Of a stretch of DNA of 64,000 nt, positions 37,989-48,125 are shown piece by piece. The notes beneath the pieces are model-generated. The model saw only the letters and a list, made by a program, of their open reading frames with translations, made no database searches and was not told the DNA's origin. The position numbers and the translations under genes are program-made. Position 1 is the first letter of the stretch, and every line of letters starts with the position of its first letter. The stretch is taken from positions 5,888 to 69,887 of the forward strand of contig CAZUBM010000007.1 of assembly GCA_964618805.1 (NCBI GenBank). Direction: 5' to 3'. This DNA is from an uncultured Nitrososphaerota archaeon (GTDB taxonomy: Archaea > Korarchaeota > Korarchaeia > Korarchaeales > Korarchaeaceae).

Positions 37989-39302
37989 TTAACTGGAGGA
38001 GATTTTGGAGATTATTTGAGGTCCATTCATGCCGTTTGCAAGCAAACAATAGGTTTCGGTAAATCTCTTTGCAATGATATCCCAGCTCTCTTTTTGCGCG
38101 AAGTTCAGGTTTATTCTTCCTATTTTTTCTGCGAGGTGTTGATTATCTAGCAGCATTAGTATAGCTTTCTTTAGTTCCTCTGCATCTCCAGGCGGAACTA
38201 TGATTGCTGATGCGCCCTCCTTGATTAGTTCTCTTATTTCTGGAAGATCTGAAACTATAATGGGTTTTCCAAAGCCGCAAGCTAAGTGGAAAACCCCACT
38301 CGTTCCAGTAGCAGTAAGATACGGAAGGACTACCATGAATGCCTCCTTAAAAACGGCAGGAACGTCCTCCTCTGGAACATATCCCAGATACTTGATCCCT
38401 GGCACATCCCTTTTCTGGCTCTCTAAATACCCTGGGAAGTTTGGATGGTCATCTCCAGCTATGACAAGCTCAACGTCTTCTCTTTCCTTTGATATCTCCT
38501 GAAAAACATCCATTAGGATGGTCAATCCTTTGTAGGGAGCCATGTGACCGAACATCAGTATAACTTTCTTCCTATTCTTATGAGGTGGATCTGAATTTAA
38601 CCCAGCATTGAACGCATCAACATAGGTTCCATGGGGTATATACACAACCCTGTCGCATCCATAATTCCTCCTAAGATAGTTGATGTAGGAAGAAACTGTC
38701 ACAGTTACCAAGTTTGCCATAGATATTAGTTTTGTAGCTATTCTTATGCCAATTCTGTTTATAATAGAGGGCTTAAGCCCACACTTCTCTAAGTCAACCT
38801 TCTCCCCGAAGTTATGAATTGTAACAAGCGTCTTCCTTCCCAACAACCTTGTGAAGAATGGAAGGCAGAGCCCTACGAAATTAGCTATCCTAGACCTTCC
38901 AAAGCTCTGAAAGTGCACATTATAATGGACCAAGTCAGGCTTTACCTTTAGGATCTCAAATAGCATCTTAAAGATGGAAATTGGATTGTCGTGAGACCAC
39001 ACCGACCTTATCTCGACCTTACTTGATCGATTTCTTCCACGTTTTGATGCCTTATCTGCCAGCACATATATTTTTTCTATAGTTGGAAGTTTAGCAAGTT
39101 TGTTCAGCAAGTTGTAGGCATATTCGCTGAGTCTTGCTTTATTTGGAGGGTATGAAGTGATAAAACATAAAACAAGGCCCTTTTGACCCGCTCTTGATTC
39201 ATTGCTTCCCAGTTTTTCCTTCTTTGCCCTCGTTGAAGGATCTTTTATGTCCATGTTCCTTCCCTTCCACACACTAACCTTTGGTCGGATTAATAAAAAC
39301 AA
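37989..39302 (-). CDS. GT4 glycosyltransferase; start probably downstream of the track start
   Basis: SYPP...LSEY, IPHG, FGHMAPYKG, LPY..ATGTSGV..LA..GKP. Confidence 0.88.
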   Translation of the reverse strand: MFLLIRPKVSVWKGRNMDIKDPSTRAKKEKLGSNESRAGQKGLVLCFITSYPPNKARLSEYAYNLLNKLAKLPTIEKIYVLADKASKRGRNRSSKVEIRSVWSHDNPISIFKMLFEILKVKPDLVHYNVHFQSFGRSRIANFVGLCLPFFTRLLGRKTLVTIHNFGEKVDLEKCGLKPSIINRIGIRIATKLISMANLVTVTVSSYINYLRRNYGCDRVVYIPHGTYVDAFNAGLNSDPPHKNRKKVILMFGHMAPYKGLTILMDVFQEISKEREDVELVIAGDDHPNFPGYLESQKRDVPGIKYLGYVPEEDVPAVFKEAFMVVLPYLTATGTSGVFHLACGFGKPIIVSDLPEIRELIKEGASAIIVPPGDAEELKKAILMLLDNQHLAEKIGRINLNFAQKESWDIIAKRFTETYCLLANGMNGPQIISKISSS

Positions 39303-39398
39303 ATCCTTTGTTCAGTTGTTTACTTTTAAAATTAAAAATCTGGGTGTCCGCAGCTTTGACTCATATTCGGTAGAAAAGAGTGTAGATATAGTGAAATC

Positions 39399-41393
39399 CT
39401 AGTTATTGGATGGAAGTTTCCCTTGTAAAACGACATCTGAGATATCTATGATCATGGAGCGATCAGATGGGCTTGACCAAATGATGTTCCCTCCTGCTTG
39501 GACTAGCATGACTCCTGCTTTTGGGTTAATTTTTCCATAAACCGGATCTATGTAGATGTACACAGATGACGGATTCAGGCTTTCCGATACAATGACTTCC
39601 TTAACTCTATCAAGAAAGTCAGTGACATCTTCTTGGCAAGAGACGAAAACCACATTTAATGGACGATTGAAATCGCTCCTAAAGCCGCTAACCCCATCGA
39701 CTATGACGTATCCCTTGGTCTTGAAGTAGAATATGCTCTTCTCTCCCAGGCTAACAGGATATATAAAACGGGTCTTTAGATCCTTTAAAGCTCCTATAAC
39801 ACTATTCCTTGCCCTCATCTTGTCCTCATTATCGGAGCCTGTTACCAGAGAATCTGAAAATAGGAGAATTGGGACCCTAACCTTGGCGGCTGCATCTATA
39901 GTATTTGATAATATGATTCCGTCATCAGCAGAGCATACTACCGCAATCTCTGAACTCTTCCATAAGTAGTCCACTAGAAAGGCCATGCTCTCGTATCTGT
40001 TCTTACCTCCTAGCCTTAAAACCTCATAACCGGCTTTCTTCAGCCCTTCCTCGACCTCTTTAGGACATACGGCTTCCCCTTCTAGGAGAATAACCATTTT
40101 TGTGCCTCCTATCCTTTCATTCCAGTTAATCCCTTCCTTAGTGAAATCTTCCAGATCCAATTTAACAACCCTCATTCCCAAGGAGTTCACCAGCTCCAAG
40201 GACGGATTACTTGTTGTCCAGCTCAAGTTCACAACGTATCTCTGTAAAAGCGTGATGGAATTCAAGAGAAGCTCCTCTGAGGTGGACAAGATTATCACAA
40301 GAGAATCCTTAGGTGAATCTTTCCTAAGCAATGTCATAGGCTCTTTCACTACATAAGTACTGGGCGGAGGATTTGTATATCTTGCACTAATCGGAATTGA
40401 GTATAAACCTACCAAAGCTAGGATTAGCAGAAAAACAAGCTTAGAAGGAAAGCAAACGACATAGCGACAAATTTCCTTTAGAAAGATTATCCCGGAAAGC
40501 GTGAGCGATGGTATCAAATAGAGAAGCACTCTGGTTCTAAGTGAGGGAACGGGGATTGAGACGAAACCAAGGGCTAATACTACAAGCAAGTTAGATAATA
40601 TCCAGCTCATTAGAACCTTTTGCTTGTTTCTTACAACTTGAAGCAGGCCTATTATGCCAGCAGGGAAGACTAAAGGCCCCAATAGTAAAAGGTCTTCCTT
40701 CCTAAGAAAATCTGAGGCAAGATTTGTTTGGAAGGAAATGATGTCAAAATAACGCCTTGATGCTAGAAGGACTATTGTTGCTGTAATTCCGTGAAGCGAA
40801 AGACTTACGAGTTTTTTCTTGTCAAATGAACAGAGTTCTAAAAACAAGAGAGAAACCATGCAAAATAGGTAGCACAGTGGGTGGATTAGAGTTACGATTA
40901 GGGAGACAAGGTAGGCGAAGAGGCTCCTTCCCTTAAATTCCAGGAAGATAGCAAGCAACATGAACGAGAAAGCTAGATTTTCTGGTATTGGTAAAGTGCT
41001 CCTTATCAAATATAAAGGAGAGATGAGGAGAGATGCACTGGAAATCAAGCCTATTTTTGGGTCTATTTCCTTTCCAATCATATAGATTAGGAGGACTTGA
41101 GATGCTGAAGAGAGTAAAGCCATGAAGATAAGCGCTATTATAAGGTCCGCACCCAATTTTGCCAGAAAAATCAAGATCAGGTGAAACATGAAGCTAAAAT
41201 AGTACCAAAACGGTCTGAAGCTGAGAAAGCTTTTCGATTCCTTTGAGATTATTGCTAAGCTTATGTGAAGGTATGGATCTTGACTTGGGAGAAGGGGATA
41301 TTCTCTAAGTAGCAGCGCAGCTCTTATCGCTACATTTGCAACAAGTATCAGCGCCAGGATCCTTTTGTATTCTTTAGTATTGAGCCCATTCAT
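39399..41393 (-). CDS. GT-C-like membrane protein fused to a cell-wall-binding-2 (CWB2)-like region
   Basis: PSQDPYLH in first loop, PENL, IHPL, about 11 hydrophobic segments; C-terminal YEVLRLGGKNRYES...AVVCS..D...A....PILL. Confidence 0.7.
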   Translation of the reverse strand: MNGLNTKEYKRILALILVANVAIRAALLLREYPLLPSQDPYLHISLAIISKESKSFLSFRPFWYYFSFMFHLILIFLAKLGADLIIALIFMALLSSASQVLLIYMIGKEIDPKIGLISSASLLISPLYLIRSTLPIPENLAFSFMLLAIFLEFKGRSLFAYLVSLIVTLIHPLCYLFCMVSLLFLELCSFDKKKLVSLSLHGITATIVLLASRRYFDIISFQTNLASDFLRKEDLLLLGPLVFPAGIIGLLQVVRNKQKVLMSWILSNLLVVLALGFVSIPVPSLRTRVLLYLIPSLTLSGIIFLKEICRYVVCFPSKLVFLLILALVGLYSIPISARYTNPPPSTYVVKEPMTLLRKDSPKDSLVIILSTSEELLLNSITLLQRYVVNLSWTTSNPSLELVNSLGMRVVKLDLEDFTKEGINWNERIGGTKMVILLEGEAVCPKEVEEGLKKAGYEVLRLGGKNRYESMAFLVDYLWKSSEIAVVCSADDGIILSNTIDAAAKVRVPILLFSDSLVTGSDNEDKMRARNSVIGALKDLKTRFIYPVSLGEKSIFYFKTKGYVIVDGVSGFRSDFNRPLNVVFVSCQEDVTDFLDRVKEVIVSESLNPSSVYIYIDPVYGKINPKAGVMLVQAGGNIIWSSPSDRSMIIDISDVVLQGKLPSNN

Positions 41394-41471
41394 GTGCCTA
41401 TCTATCTCCCGCTTTGAACAGGATTAACCCGTCATATGTTTCAATTTATTTTTTAATTTAGGTCTTGTCCC

Positions 41472-44400
41472 TTGGAAGGAGAAAAATCGAGGGAAAATGA
41501 GAGCATGAGGTTAAAGGAATCTAACATAGTAGAACTGCTTGCTTATCTATCGATCTCACTCTTCTGCCTGAGAAAACTCTTCGACGATGGGGTTTTTGCT
41601 GTGCAGGACCTCTCACCCATTTATAAGTTTGAGCAGCTTTACAGGCCAATGGAATTTCCTTGGGATCATTACTCAAATACGGGCGTCCCAAATGTTCTCA
41701 TAGGAAATCTGCTGTATAACCTTCCTCTTATGGCCCTCTCCAAGGCCCTTGGATCTGTAATAACAGCTCATAAGATTTATTTCGTCATTCTGCTAACTTT
41801 AGGGGCCTATGGGCAGAGGCTTGTTTTCCAAAGACTTTATAGGAGAGGTGGATTTATCTCAGGCCTCGTTTACCTGCTCAACCCTTGGACCGTTTACAGG
41901 ATTTCCAGGGGTCATAACCTCATAATCATGGGATCTGCCCTTCTTCCTTTTGCTTTTATCTCGTTTTTATCCTTTGAGAAGAAGTACCGCGTTTCACGAG
42001 CTTTATTGTCAGGATTTCTTTCATCACTTTTGCTCTTAATCTCGCCGCACATGGGATACATCTTCTTCATCATCCTTTTTGTTTATGGGCTAGCTAAATT
42101 TCTCAACTCAGGTCTAGCTTTAAGAAATCTTCTTAAACAACTTGTTCTGCTTTGCCAGACGGGCTTCCTTGCCCTATCCTTCGGAATGCCAGTTCTCATA
42201 TTGGCCATTAAGGGAATCGGATCGAATGTAACTGTTGTTAGATTGGAGGAGACTCTGTTCTACAGCCTTAGCATCGATTTGTTGAAGGAAAGATGGCCCT
42301 ATCTTGTCATTGGTTTAGGAATCATGCTAAGCCTTTTCATATTTGTTGGCTTAGTGAGAGAACTCCTCTTCTCCATACTCCTGGTTTTTGTAGGAATGAT
42401 GCTGAGCTTTGGTGGCGTGTGGCCCATCAGTCTTCTCATAGAACTATTTTACAAGCATCTCCCTGGATTTTTTATATTCAGAGAGCTAAACAAGTTCCTC
42501 TACATGGCGCTTTTCGGAGGTAGCCTTCTTTTCGAGGTTTTAATCTTGGGATTAAAGGACTTCACCGAGTCCATAATCGGGAAGAGAGGGTTGCTCGGCC
42601 TCAAATTCAAAAAACTCACTGGATTCGTTTTTATAGCTTTAGCTCTCTTTATCCTCATAATTCCAGACAAAGATATGATTTCAGGCGACTTTGGAGGAAG
42701 CGTAAAGACCGTAAAGCTCCCTTCTCATCTCAAGGAGTTGGATCGCTGGTTAAGATCTGAGAAGGGGGAGTATAGGGTGGCTTTCTTTCCACCTGCCTGC
42801 TGGGCAGCACGTTATGACTGGTCAGAGAGATGGTTCCTTGATCCGATGGTTAGTCTCCAGGCAAAACCCACAATTGAGATTAGGAGTGAGATGGATATCA
42901 CGCCCTCCAACAACTTCGTTAAGTGGGTTTACATGGCCCTTTACTTCAACAGGACGAACAGGATTGGAAGGCTTTTAGGGCTTTTGGGAGCTAGGTACAT
43001 TATCTACCGCCCAGATGTGGACATGCCTGATGAGAGGGTAGATTTACGCCATCTAGGCAAAGAGCAGACGATTCCTATCTTTAGGAGGAAAAATGACCTT
43101 CTATTAATTAAGAGGATTGGGGAGTATGAGATATACCTAAATAAGCATGCTCTTCCCCTGATTGTTGAGGGATTCAGGCCAGTTTTGGTTGTTGAGGATA
43201 GGAAGGCGCTGATTTCTCTCTCACATCTAGATTTAAATTTCTCTGAAAACGTATGTTTGTTCTTGGACAATTTGTATGACTATGCTGACTTAGAGGAATT
43301 GGTTAAAGGCTGCAGATACGTGATAATTAATCCAAAGAAGTGGATAGACCTCCAGTTAGCATTATCTGAAGATAAACTGGTGATAAAACCCTGGGAATTT
43401 GTAGAGATGTCGACTGACGCATCGAACAAGTGGATTAGAGGAGACTTCTCTTGGTATCTGTATGGAGGAACGCTAAACGTTGCTCCAGATGATTATGTCA
43501 TGACAAACAAATCAGACAATTCCCTATCTCTCCCATTCACCATTCCTAGGGGCGGTAATTTTACCCTATTCGTCCAGACATTTACAACATCAAGCGAAAG
43601 TTTTGGAAAAATATATGTGAAAATAGATGATTACCCCCAAGAATCGATTCAGATCAGGGTTTCTGGGGAGATCGGAGGTTACTATAGATGGGTTAAGGTA
43701 GGGAGCTTCCATTTAACGAAGGGAAAACACTATGTTAAATTTAGAAGTTCTGAAGGGGCTGCTTCCATATCTAAAATAGTTCTTTTGCCGGAGAGCGAGT
43801 TTAACAAATCTATTACTATAGATTTGAGCTCATTACCAAGCATTGCTCTTCTCATGGACGATGACTTTTGGGATGTTGAGGTTCCCGATGGCTTTGCCGA
43901 ATCCCCTGAATTCAGCAACGGAAGGGCCGTTTATTTGTTAAATAAGACCGTTTATGGCTCCTTCTATATCCCAAGGGGAGGAGAATACACCCTGGTCTTA
44001 AGAGCGTATGCAAGGGAAGAGAGCTTGATTAAAGTATATCTAGATGATCTCGAGTATGACGTGGTGATGGAGAAAGAAAAACAAGTAAAAATCAGATCTT
44101 TGAGCATAGAGAAGGGAACACATAGAATAGGGATCAAAAGCAATCATTTTTGCCTACTTGACTTAGCTCTCCTCGTGGAAGGGGCAGAGGCTCCCCTCTT
44201 AGGGAGGTCAGAAGAAAAACCTATTGCATTGAACCCTATTCATTCGAATAGGCATTGTTCATGCAATTTGTCTGTTAATTCCTCCCATCTCCTATTTTTG
44301 GAGACATATGAGCCGGGTTGGAGGTTGATCTGCGAGAAGGAGATGGAACCTATACAAGCTTTTAGTTATGCTAACCTTTACTCAATAAAGGAAATGCCCA

Positions 44401-44537
44401 AGGGGGATTGTACGCTATATTTTGTGGGCTGTAAGCTTATTTGGAACGGTTTTCTGATAGGCTTAGCGTTGATGATGGCCAGCGTGTCGAGCATTATGAT
44501 CTTTAAGAAAACTGAGTTGATGTGGAGGGAGACTTAG
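41472..44537 (+). CDS. YfhO/AftD-like GT-C membrane protein with two beta-sandwich (CBM-like) domains and C-terminal TM
   Basis: VQDL.P, YLLNPW, GH, HLPGFFIFRE.NKF, EYRV.FFP, LGARYII, W..VG...L.KGKH.V, LETYEPGW, YAN. Confidence 0.72.
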   Translation: MEGEKSRENESMRLKESNIVELLAYLSISLFCLRKLFDDGVFAVQDLSPIYKFEQLYRPMEFPWDHYSNTGVPNVLIGNLLYNLPLMALSKALGSVITAHKIYFVILLTLGAYGQRLVFQRLYRRGGFISGLVYLLNPWTVYRISRGHNLIIMGSALLPFAFISFLSFEKKYRVSRALLSGFLSSLLLLISPHMGYIFFIILFVYGLAKFLNSGLALRNLLKQLVLLCQTGFLALSFGMPVLILAIKGIGSNVTVVRLEETLFYSLSIDLLKERWPYLVIGLGIMLSLFIFVGLVRELLFSILLVFVGMMLSFGGVWPISLLIELFYKHLPGFFIFRELNKFLYMALFGGSLLFEVLILGLKDFTESIIGKRGLLGLKFKKLTGFVFIALALFILIIPDKDMISGDFGGSVKTVKLPSHLKELDRWLRSEKGEYRVAFFPPACWAARYDWSERWFLDPMVSLQAKPTIEIRSEMDITPSNNFVKWVYMALYFNRTNRIGRLLGLLGARYIIYRPDVDMPDERVDLRHLGKEQTIPIFRRKNDLLLIKRIGEYEIYLNKHALPLIVEGFRPVLVVEDRKALISLSHLDLNFSENVCLFLDNLYDYADLEELVKGCRYVIINPKKWIDLQLALSEDKLVIKPWEFVEMSTDASNKWIRGDFSWYLYGGTLNVAPDDYVMTNKSDNSLSLPFTIPRGGNFTLFVQTFTTSSESFGKIYVKIDDYPQESIQIRVSGEIGGYYRWVKVGSFHLTKGKHYVKFRSSEGAASISKIVLLPESEFNKSITIDLSSLPSIALLMDDDFWDVEVPDGFAESPEFSNGRAVYLLNKTVYGSFYIPRGGEYTLVLRAYAREESLIKVYLDDLEYDVVMEKEKQVKIRSLSIEKGTHRIGIKSNHFCLLDLALLVEGAEAPLLGRSEEKPIALNPIHSNRHCSCNLSVNSSHLLFLETYEPGWRLICEKEMEPIQAFSYANLYSIKEMPKGDCTLYFVGCKLIWNGFLIGLALMMASVSSIMIFKKTELMWRET

Positions 44538-45721
44538 GAGTGAGGATTCTCATAGTTCAACCACACATTTTTCCTGGTGGTGCTGAAAAGGCTGTTGTCT
44601 ACCTATCGCACCATCTCAGGAGGATGGGAGATCGCGTTTCAGTGGCTACACTATCGGTGGAAGTTCAAGGCCTTCCCCCAATAGCCAAGGAAGTCAATTA
44701 CATAACTCCAAAGGAGCAAATCTATCCAAAAAGTGGATTTTTCAAGAACTCTCTCGATGTCATAAAGACGTTTCTGCTTGAAACAAGGAAATTACGTGAA
44801 GTTATATCAGATAACGCTGACAACTATGATGTGATAAATCCTCACATATTTCCCTCCTATTGGGCTACGGCTGGAATAAATCCAGTTGTTTGGACATGTA
44901 ATGAGGTTTTAGGGCCTTATGATAAAACCAGGAAGCTTTATGGTTCTTCTTTAACCTTCAAATTCTTTTTCGAGCTCGTTAAGGAAGTCGATTCCTTCAT
45001 AGTTTCACACTTCATCCATCAAATCCTTACGAATTCCCCCTTCAATAACAAGCTAATTGAGAGAAGGTATGGAATGAGGCCCATATTGGCTCTTCCGGGC
45101 GTTGATCTAGAATTCTTCCAGGAAGATGTGCCTGATGCCAAGGAAAGGATCGGTTTAGGCGATAAATTAGTATTGTTACAAGTAGGAGCTTTGTTGGAGA
45201 GGAAGAGACATGATTTAGGGATTAAAGTTCTAAGGAAGCTGAAGTCTGAGATCCCTCACGCTTGTCTGCTCATAGTTGGGAGTGGTCCGCTAAAGAAGGA
45301 GCTAAGGGAAGAAGCCATAAGGCTTGGAGTTAGTTCTGATGTGAGGATCTTCAGCAATATAGCAGAAAATGAGCTTAGACTTGCTTATAAGGCAAGTGAT
45401 GTGCTCCTCTTTCCGGTAGTAGATCAAACATTTGGCCTTGTTCCCTTTGAAGCCTTAGCTTCTGGTACACCAGTTGTGGTCTCTAAGAACGCTGGTTGTG
45501 CCAAAATAATAGGGAGAGAGTCGTTGGGAATAGTCGTTAAACCCAATGTAGAGGAGTTCTATGAAGCAGTTCTCTCGATCATAAGGGGTAAAAATAACGT
45601 TGAAGACATGTTGTTAATGGCTAAGAGCTACATTAAGAAAAATTTGACTTGGGAGAAATTTGCTGAGGTTCACAGAATGGCTTTTGCTAAGGTTTGTGAA
45701 TTGAAGCAGAATGGTGTTTAG
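44522..45721 (+). CDS. GT4 glycosyltransferase
   Basis: GGAEKAV, TNS, PGVD, VG.L..RKR, QTFGLVPFEALASGTPV. Confidence 0.9.
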   Translation: MEGDLGVRILIVQPHIFPGGAEKAVVYLSHHLRRMGDRVSVATLSVEVQGLPPIAKEVNYITPKEQIYPKSGFFKNSLDVIKTFLLETRKLREVISDNADNYDVINPHIFPSYWATAGINPVVWTCNEVLGPYDKTRKLYGSSLTFKFFFELVKEVDSFIVSHFIHQILTNSPFNNKLIERRYGMRPILALPGVDLEFFQEDVPDAKERIGLGDKLVLLQVGALLERKRHDLGIKVLRKLKSEIPHACLLIVGSGPLKKELREEAIRLGVSSDVRIFSNIAENELRLAYKASDVLLFPVVDQTFGLVPFEALASGTPVVVSKNAGCAKIIGRESLGIVVKPNVEEFYEAVLSIIRGKNNVEDMLLMAKSYIKKNLTWEKFAEVHRMAFAKVCELKQNGV

Positions 45722-47585
45722 CATGAAGATCGCATTTAGGAGGATCCTCTCTGTAATCTTGCTTATAATATCGAGCTCAGGCTTTTTAATTCCTGGTAAA
45801 ATAGCATTTTTCCTCGAAAAAGGAACGGAGAACGTTTATGTTATAGCAATCCTGCACTACGATTCTTATTTCGATAAGGAACCATTAGATACATTAGAAG
45901 ATGCCCTCAAATTCCTGAAATCTATAGATTTCCCCCTAGAGAAGCTTGCAATAACTGTTTGGAGGGATATCCTGGAGGGAGATAGTAAGTTCTATAAGTT
46001 CAAAGATTTGCTTGACTCCTACAACTTTCCCTTTGACAGAGAGCACATTGGCGTCTTTCTTCCTTCTGAAGACGCAAACGATAGGTTCATAGTAACTTTA
46101 GCGATGGAAGATTATAAAAGCAGGTTTGGCGAATATCCTTCTTTCGTTTCAGGTTTTGCTGCAAGTAACGACACTTATTTTTGGCTTCAGATGTTTGGGG
46201 TCAAAGTTACGTTCTTTAATGCTTGGGAGGATGGACAGGATTACAGTTATAGGGGGTTAAGTTGTCCAGATAAGATGAAAGGAGCCAATTGGGAAGGATC
46301 CCCCTTTCAACCATATAAACCAAGCATTAGATCCGCTAATGCCCCAGGAATTCACCTGGGAGATGAAGTAGACATTTGGGAATGTCTCTGGGTCTTTAGA
46401 AATCCTTCATACGCATACTTGAGGTCAAACTATGCTGGCTGGGGTAGCATTCACCCAGGGGATCTTTTGATAAAGTCAGGAGACGTCTTCGAACCGGTTT
46501 CCGTCGAAGAAGCTATGAATAGGCTCGATAACATACTAAATCTCGTGGATCAAAACGCAAAGTACAATAAATTCCTTGTTCTCAGCTATATTACTGAAGT
46601 CTATGCGATGAAGAGTTTTCCAAGACGCTTTGAAGTATGGAAGAGGTCAATACTTGAGTTCCTTGAGAGAGGATACAGCTTCTTAAGCCCTCTTGAGCTT
46701 CGCAAAAAGCTAGACTCAAGCCCAGAGCCGTTATCATATGTGTGGGTGGATAATTCAACGCTTTCAGATTGTGTTCGACCGAATATCGAGCTTCCTTTCG
46801 CTATGGTGGTAAGCCCATACGGTAGGTTCATATTTTGTAGAAAGGATCTCGAAAAGGATCCATACACTCCTCACTTGTCTTTGGTAAGTTATGTATCAGC
46901 TAGAGCTCACAATAGGACGTTTCAGAGCATAAGAGAGGCAATAGGTGGAGAGCTTATGAAGCTTAACGTGATGGTTAACGGAACACCCATATTCATGAGA
47001 TGGGAAAGAGATATAACTAGGATAGAAGTGTCACATGGCTGCGTTATGATAGAGTTCAATTACACCAAAAAAGAGGTCCCATTCTTGGACTTTTTGAGCA
47101 GAATCTATCTAACCCCGTATGGTATTTATGTGGCTGATCAGATTAAATTCAAATCAAAAGCCTACGTGGACGTTAACTTTGTACAATACGTTACTATGGG
47201 AAATAATAGCCCTACGTCTTCGTGTGATGATGGCCTTCTAGTATTGGATGACCATCTCAAGCGATATATCTTCTCTGGAAACAACGAGGAAGTCATAGGC
47301 ACAGTCTTTGAGGGAAATCTTCTTCTCTTCAAAGCAAAGGATGGATACTCCTTCGGTTTAAGAGCTTTAAGTCGCCCGGAGAGGATCGTGGTTTACGATG
47401 AAATTGGGGCGTGTAAATGGGAAACTGTTTCGTACTACTATGAGCACAAAACTTACTTCCAAGGAGAAGAGCTTAACTTCTCTTACCTAATAGTCCCAGC
47501 AGACTCCGTAGGTCAAGTTCTCCTGATGTCTGACGAGCTTCTTAAATTCCTAGAGATAACTGTAGACATCAGACATGAGGGTTAG
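45711..47585 (+). CDS. Secreted/membrane-anchored protein, possible deacetylase/glycoside-hydrolase-like barrel plus beta domain
   Basis: N-terminal hydrophobic segment; YKSRFGEYPSFVSGF and WEGSPFQPYKPS recall NodB/GH57/DUF3863-type barrels (by-eye inference). Confidence 0.55.
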   Translation: MVFSMKIAFRRILSVILLIISSSGFLIPGKIAFFLEKGTENVYVIAILHYDSYFDKEPLDTLEDALKFLKSIDFPLEKLAITVWRDILEGDSKFYKFKDLLDSYNFPFDREHIGVFLPSEDANDRFIVTLAMEDYKSRFGEYPSFVSGFAASNDTYFWLQMFGVKVTFFNAWEDGQDYSYRGLSCPDKMKGANWEGSPFQPYKPSIRSANAPGIHLGDEVDIWECLWVFRNPSYAYLRSNYAGWGSIHPGDLLIKSGDVFEPVSVEEAMNRLDNILNLVDQNAKYNKFLVLSYITEVYAMKSFPRRFEVWKRSILEFLERGYSFLSPLELRKKLDSSPEPLSYVWVDNSTLSDCVRPNIELPFAMVVSPYGRFIFCRKDLEKDPYTPHLSLVSYVSARAHNRTFQSIREAIGGELMKLNVMVNGTPIFMRWERDITRIEVSHGCVMIEFNYTKKEVPFLDFLSRIYLTPYGIYVADQIKFKSKAYVDVNFVQYVTMGNNSPTSSCDDGLLVLDDHLKRYIFSGNNEEVIGTVFEGNLLLFKAKDGYSFGLRALSRPERIVVYDEIGACKWETVSYYYEHKTYFQGEELNFSYLIVPADSVGQVLLMSDELLKFLEITVDIRHEG

Positions 47586-47719
47586 GCAAACTTCAGTAGC
47601 ATACCAGTTGTAACAGTAATCGAGATATCTGGTGACGGTAGAAGCGAGAGCGAGAGTGTATTACCTGAAATTACTGCAGGAAAAACAGGATTCCTCTTAA
47701 GATTGACTTAACGGAAGAA

Positions 47720-48121
47720 ATGGCGAGAACCCTTCTTCTGGAAGACCGAGATCTGAGAATTACTGTAGAGACACCTGTGATTAACGTATCAAGGGATATA
47801 AGGTGGAGAGCTCTCATCAGAAACTTAAGAGTTGAGAGAGCAGGATTTGTTACCTATGGAGCATATTCTCGTGTAGACTTCAGAATTTCTTTCGAAAATA
47901 TTGGATTGTGCAACTTGGATACGAAGTTTGTGGTTTCTCTTCTGGACAAGAGTAAAAAAGAGCTTGCAAAAAGGGAATTGGATGTTTTTGTCTCAAGAGG
48001 AAGCTCTTACTCTGAAACAGTGAGTTTTACAATTCCTAGCTATAAAGCAGCTCAAATAGCTTACTTTTGCATAGATATCTCGGATCCTGCAATAGTTCGC
48101 TTTGGGATCCCTTTGGGGTGA
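47720..48121 (+). CDS. Hypothetical beta-rich protein, possibly the C-terminal remnant of a larger surface protein
   Basis: 133-aa ORF with Ig-like alternating pattern (ISFENIG); upstream sequence looks decayed. Confidence 0.45.
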   Translation: MARTLLLEDRDLRITVETPVINVSRDIRWRALIRNLRVERAGFVTYGAYSRVDFRISFENIGLCNLDTKFVVSLLDKSKKELAKRELDVFVSRGSSYSETVSFTIPSYKAAQIAYFCIDISDPAIVRFGIPLG

Positions 48122-48125
48122 TTTA

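Noticed and set aside
39399-41393. AglB/STT3 oligosaccharyltransferase call
   Set aside because: Has a DPY.H-type first-loop motif but no WWDYG
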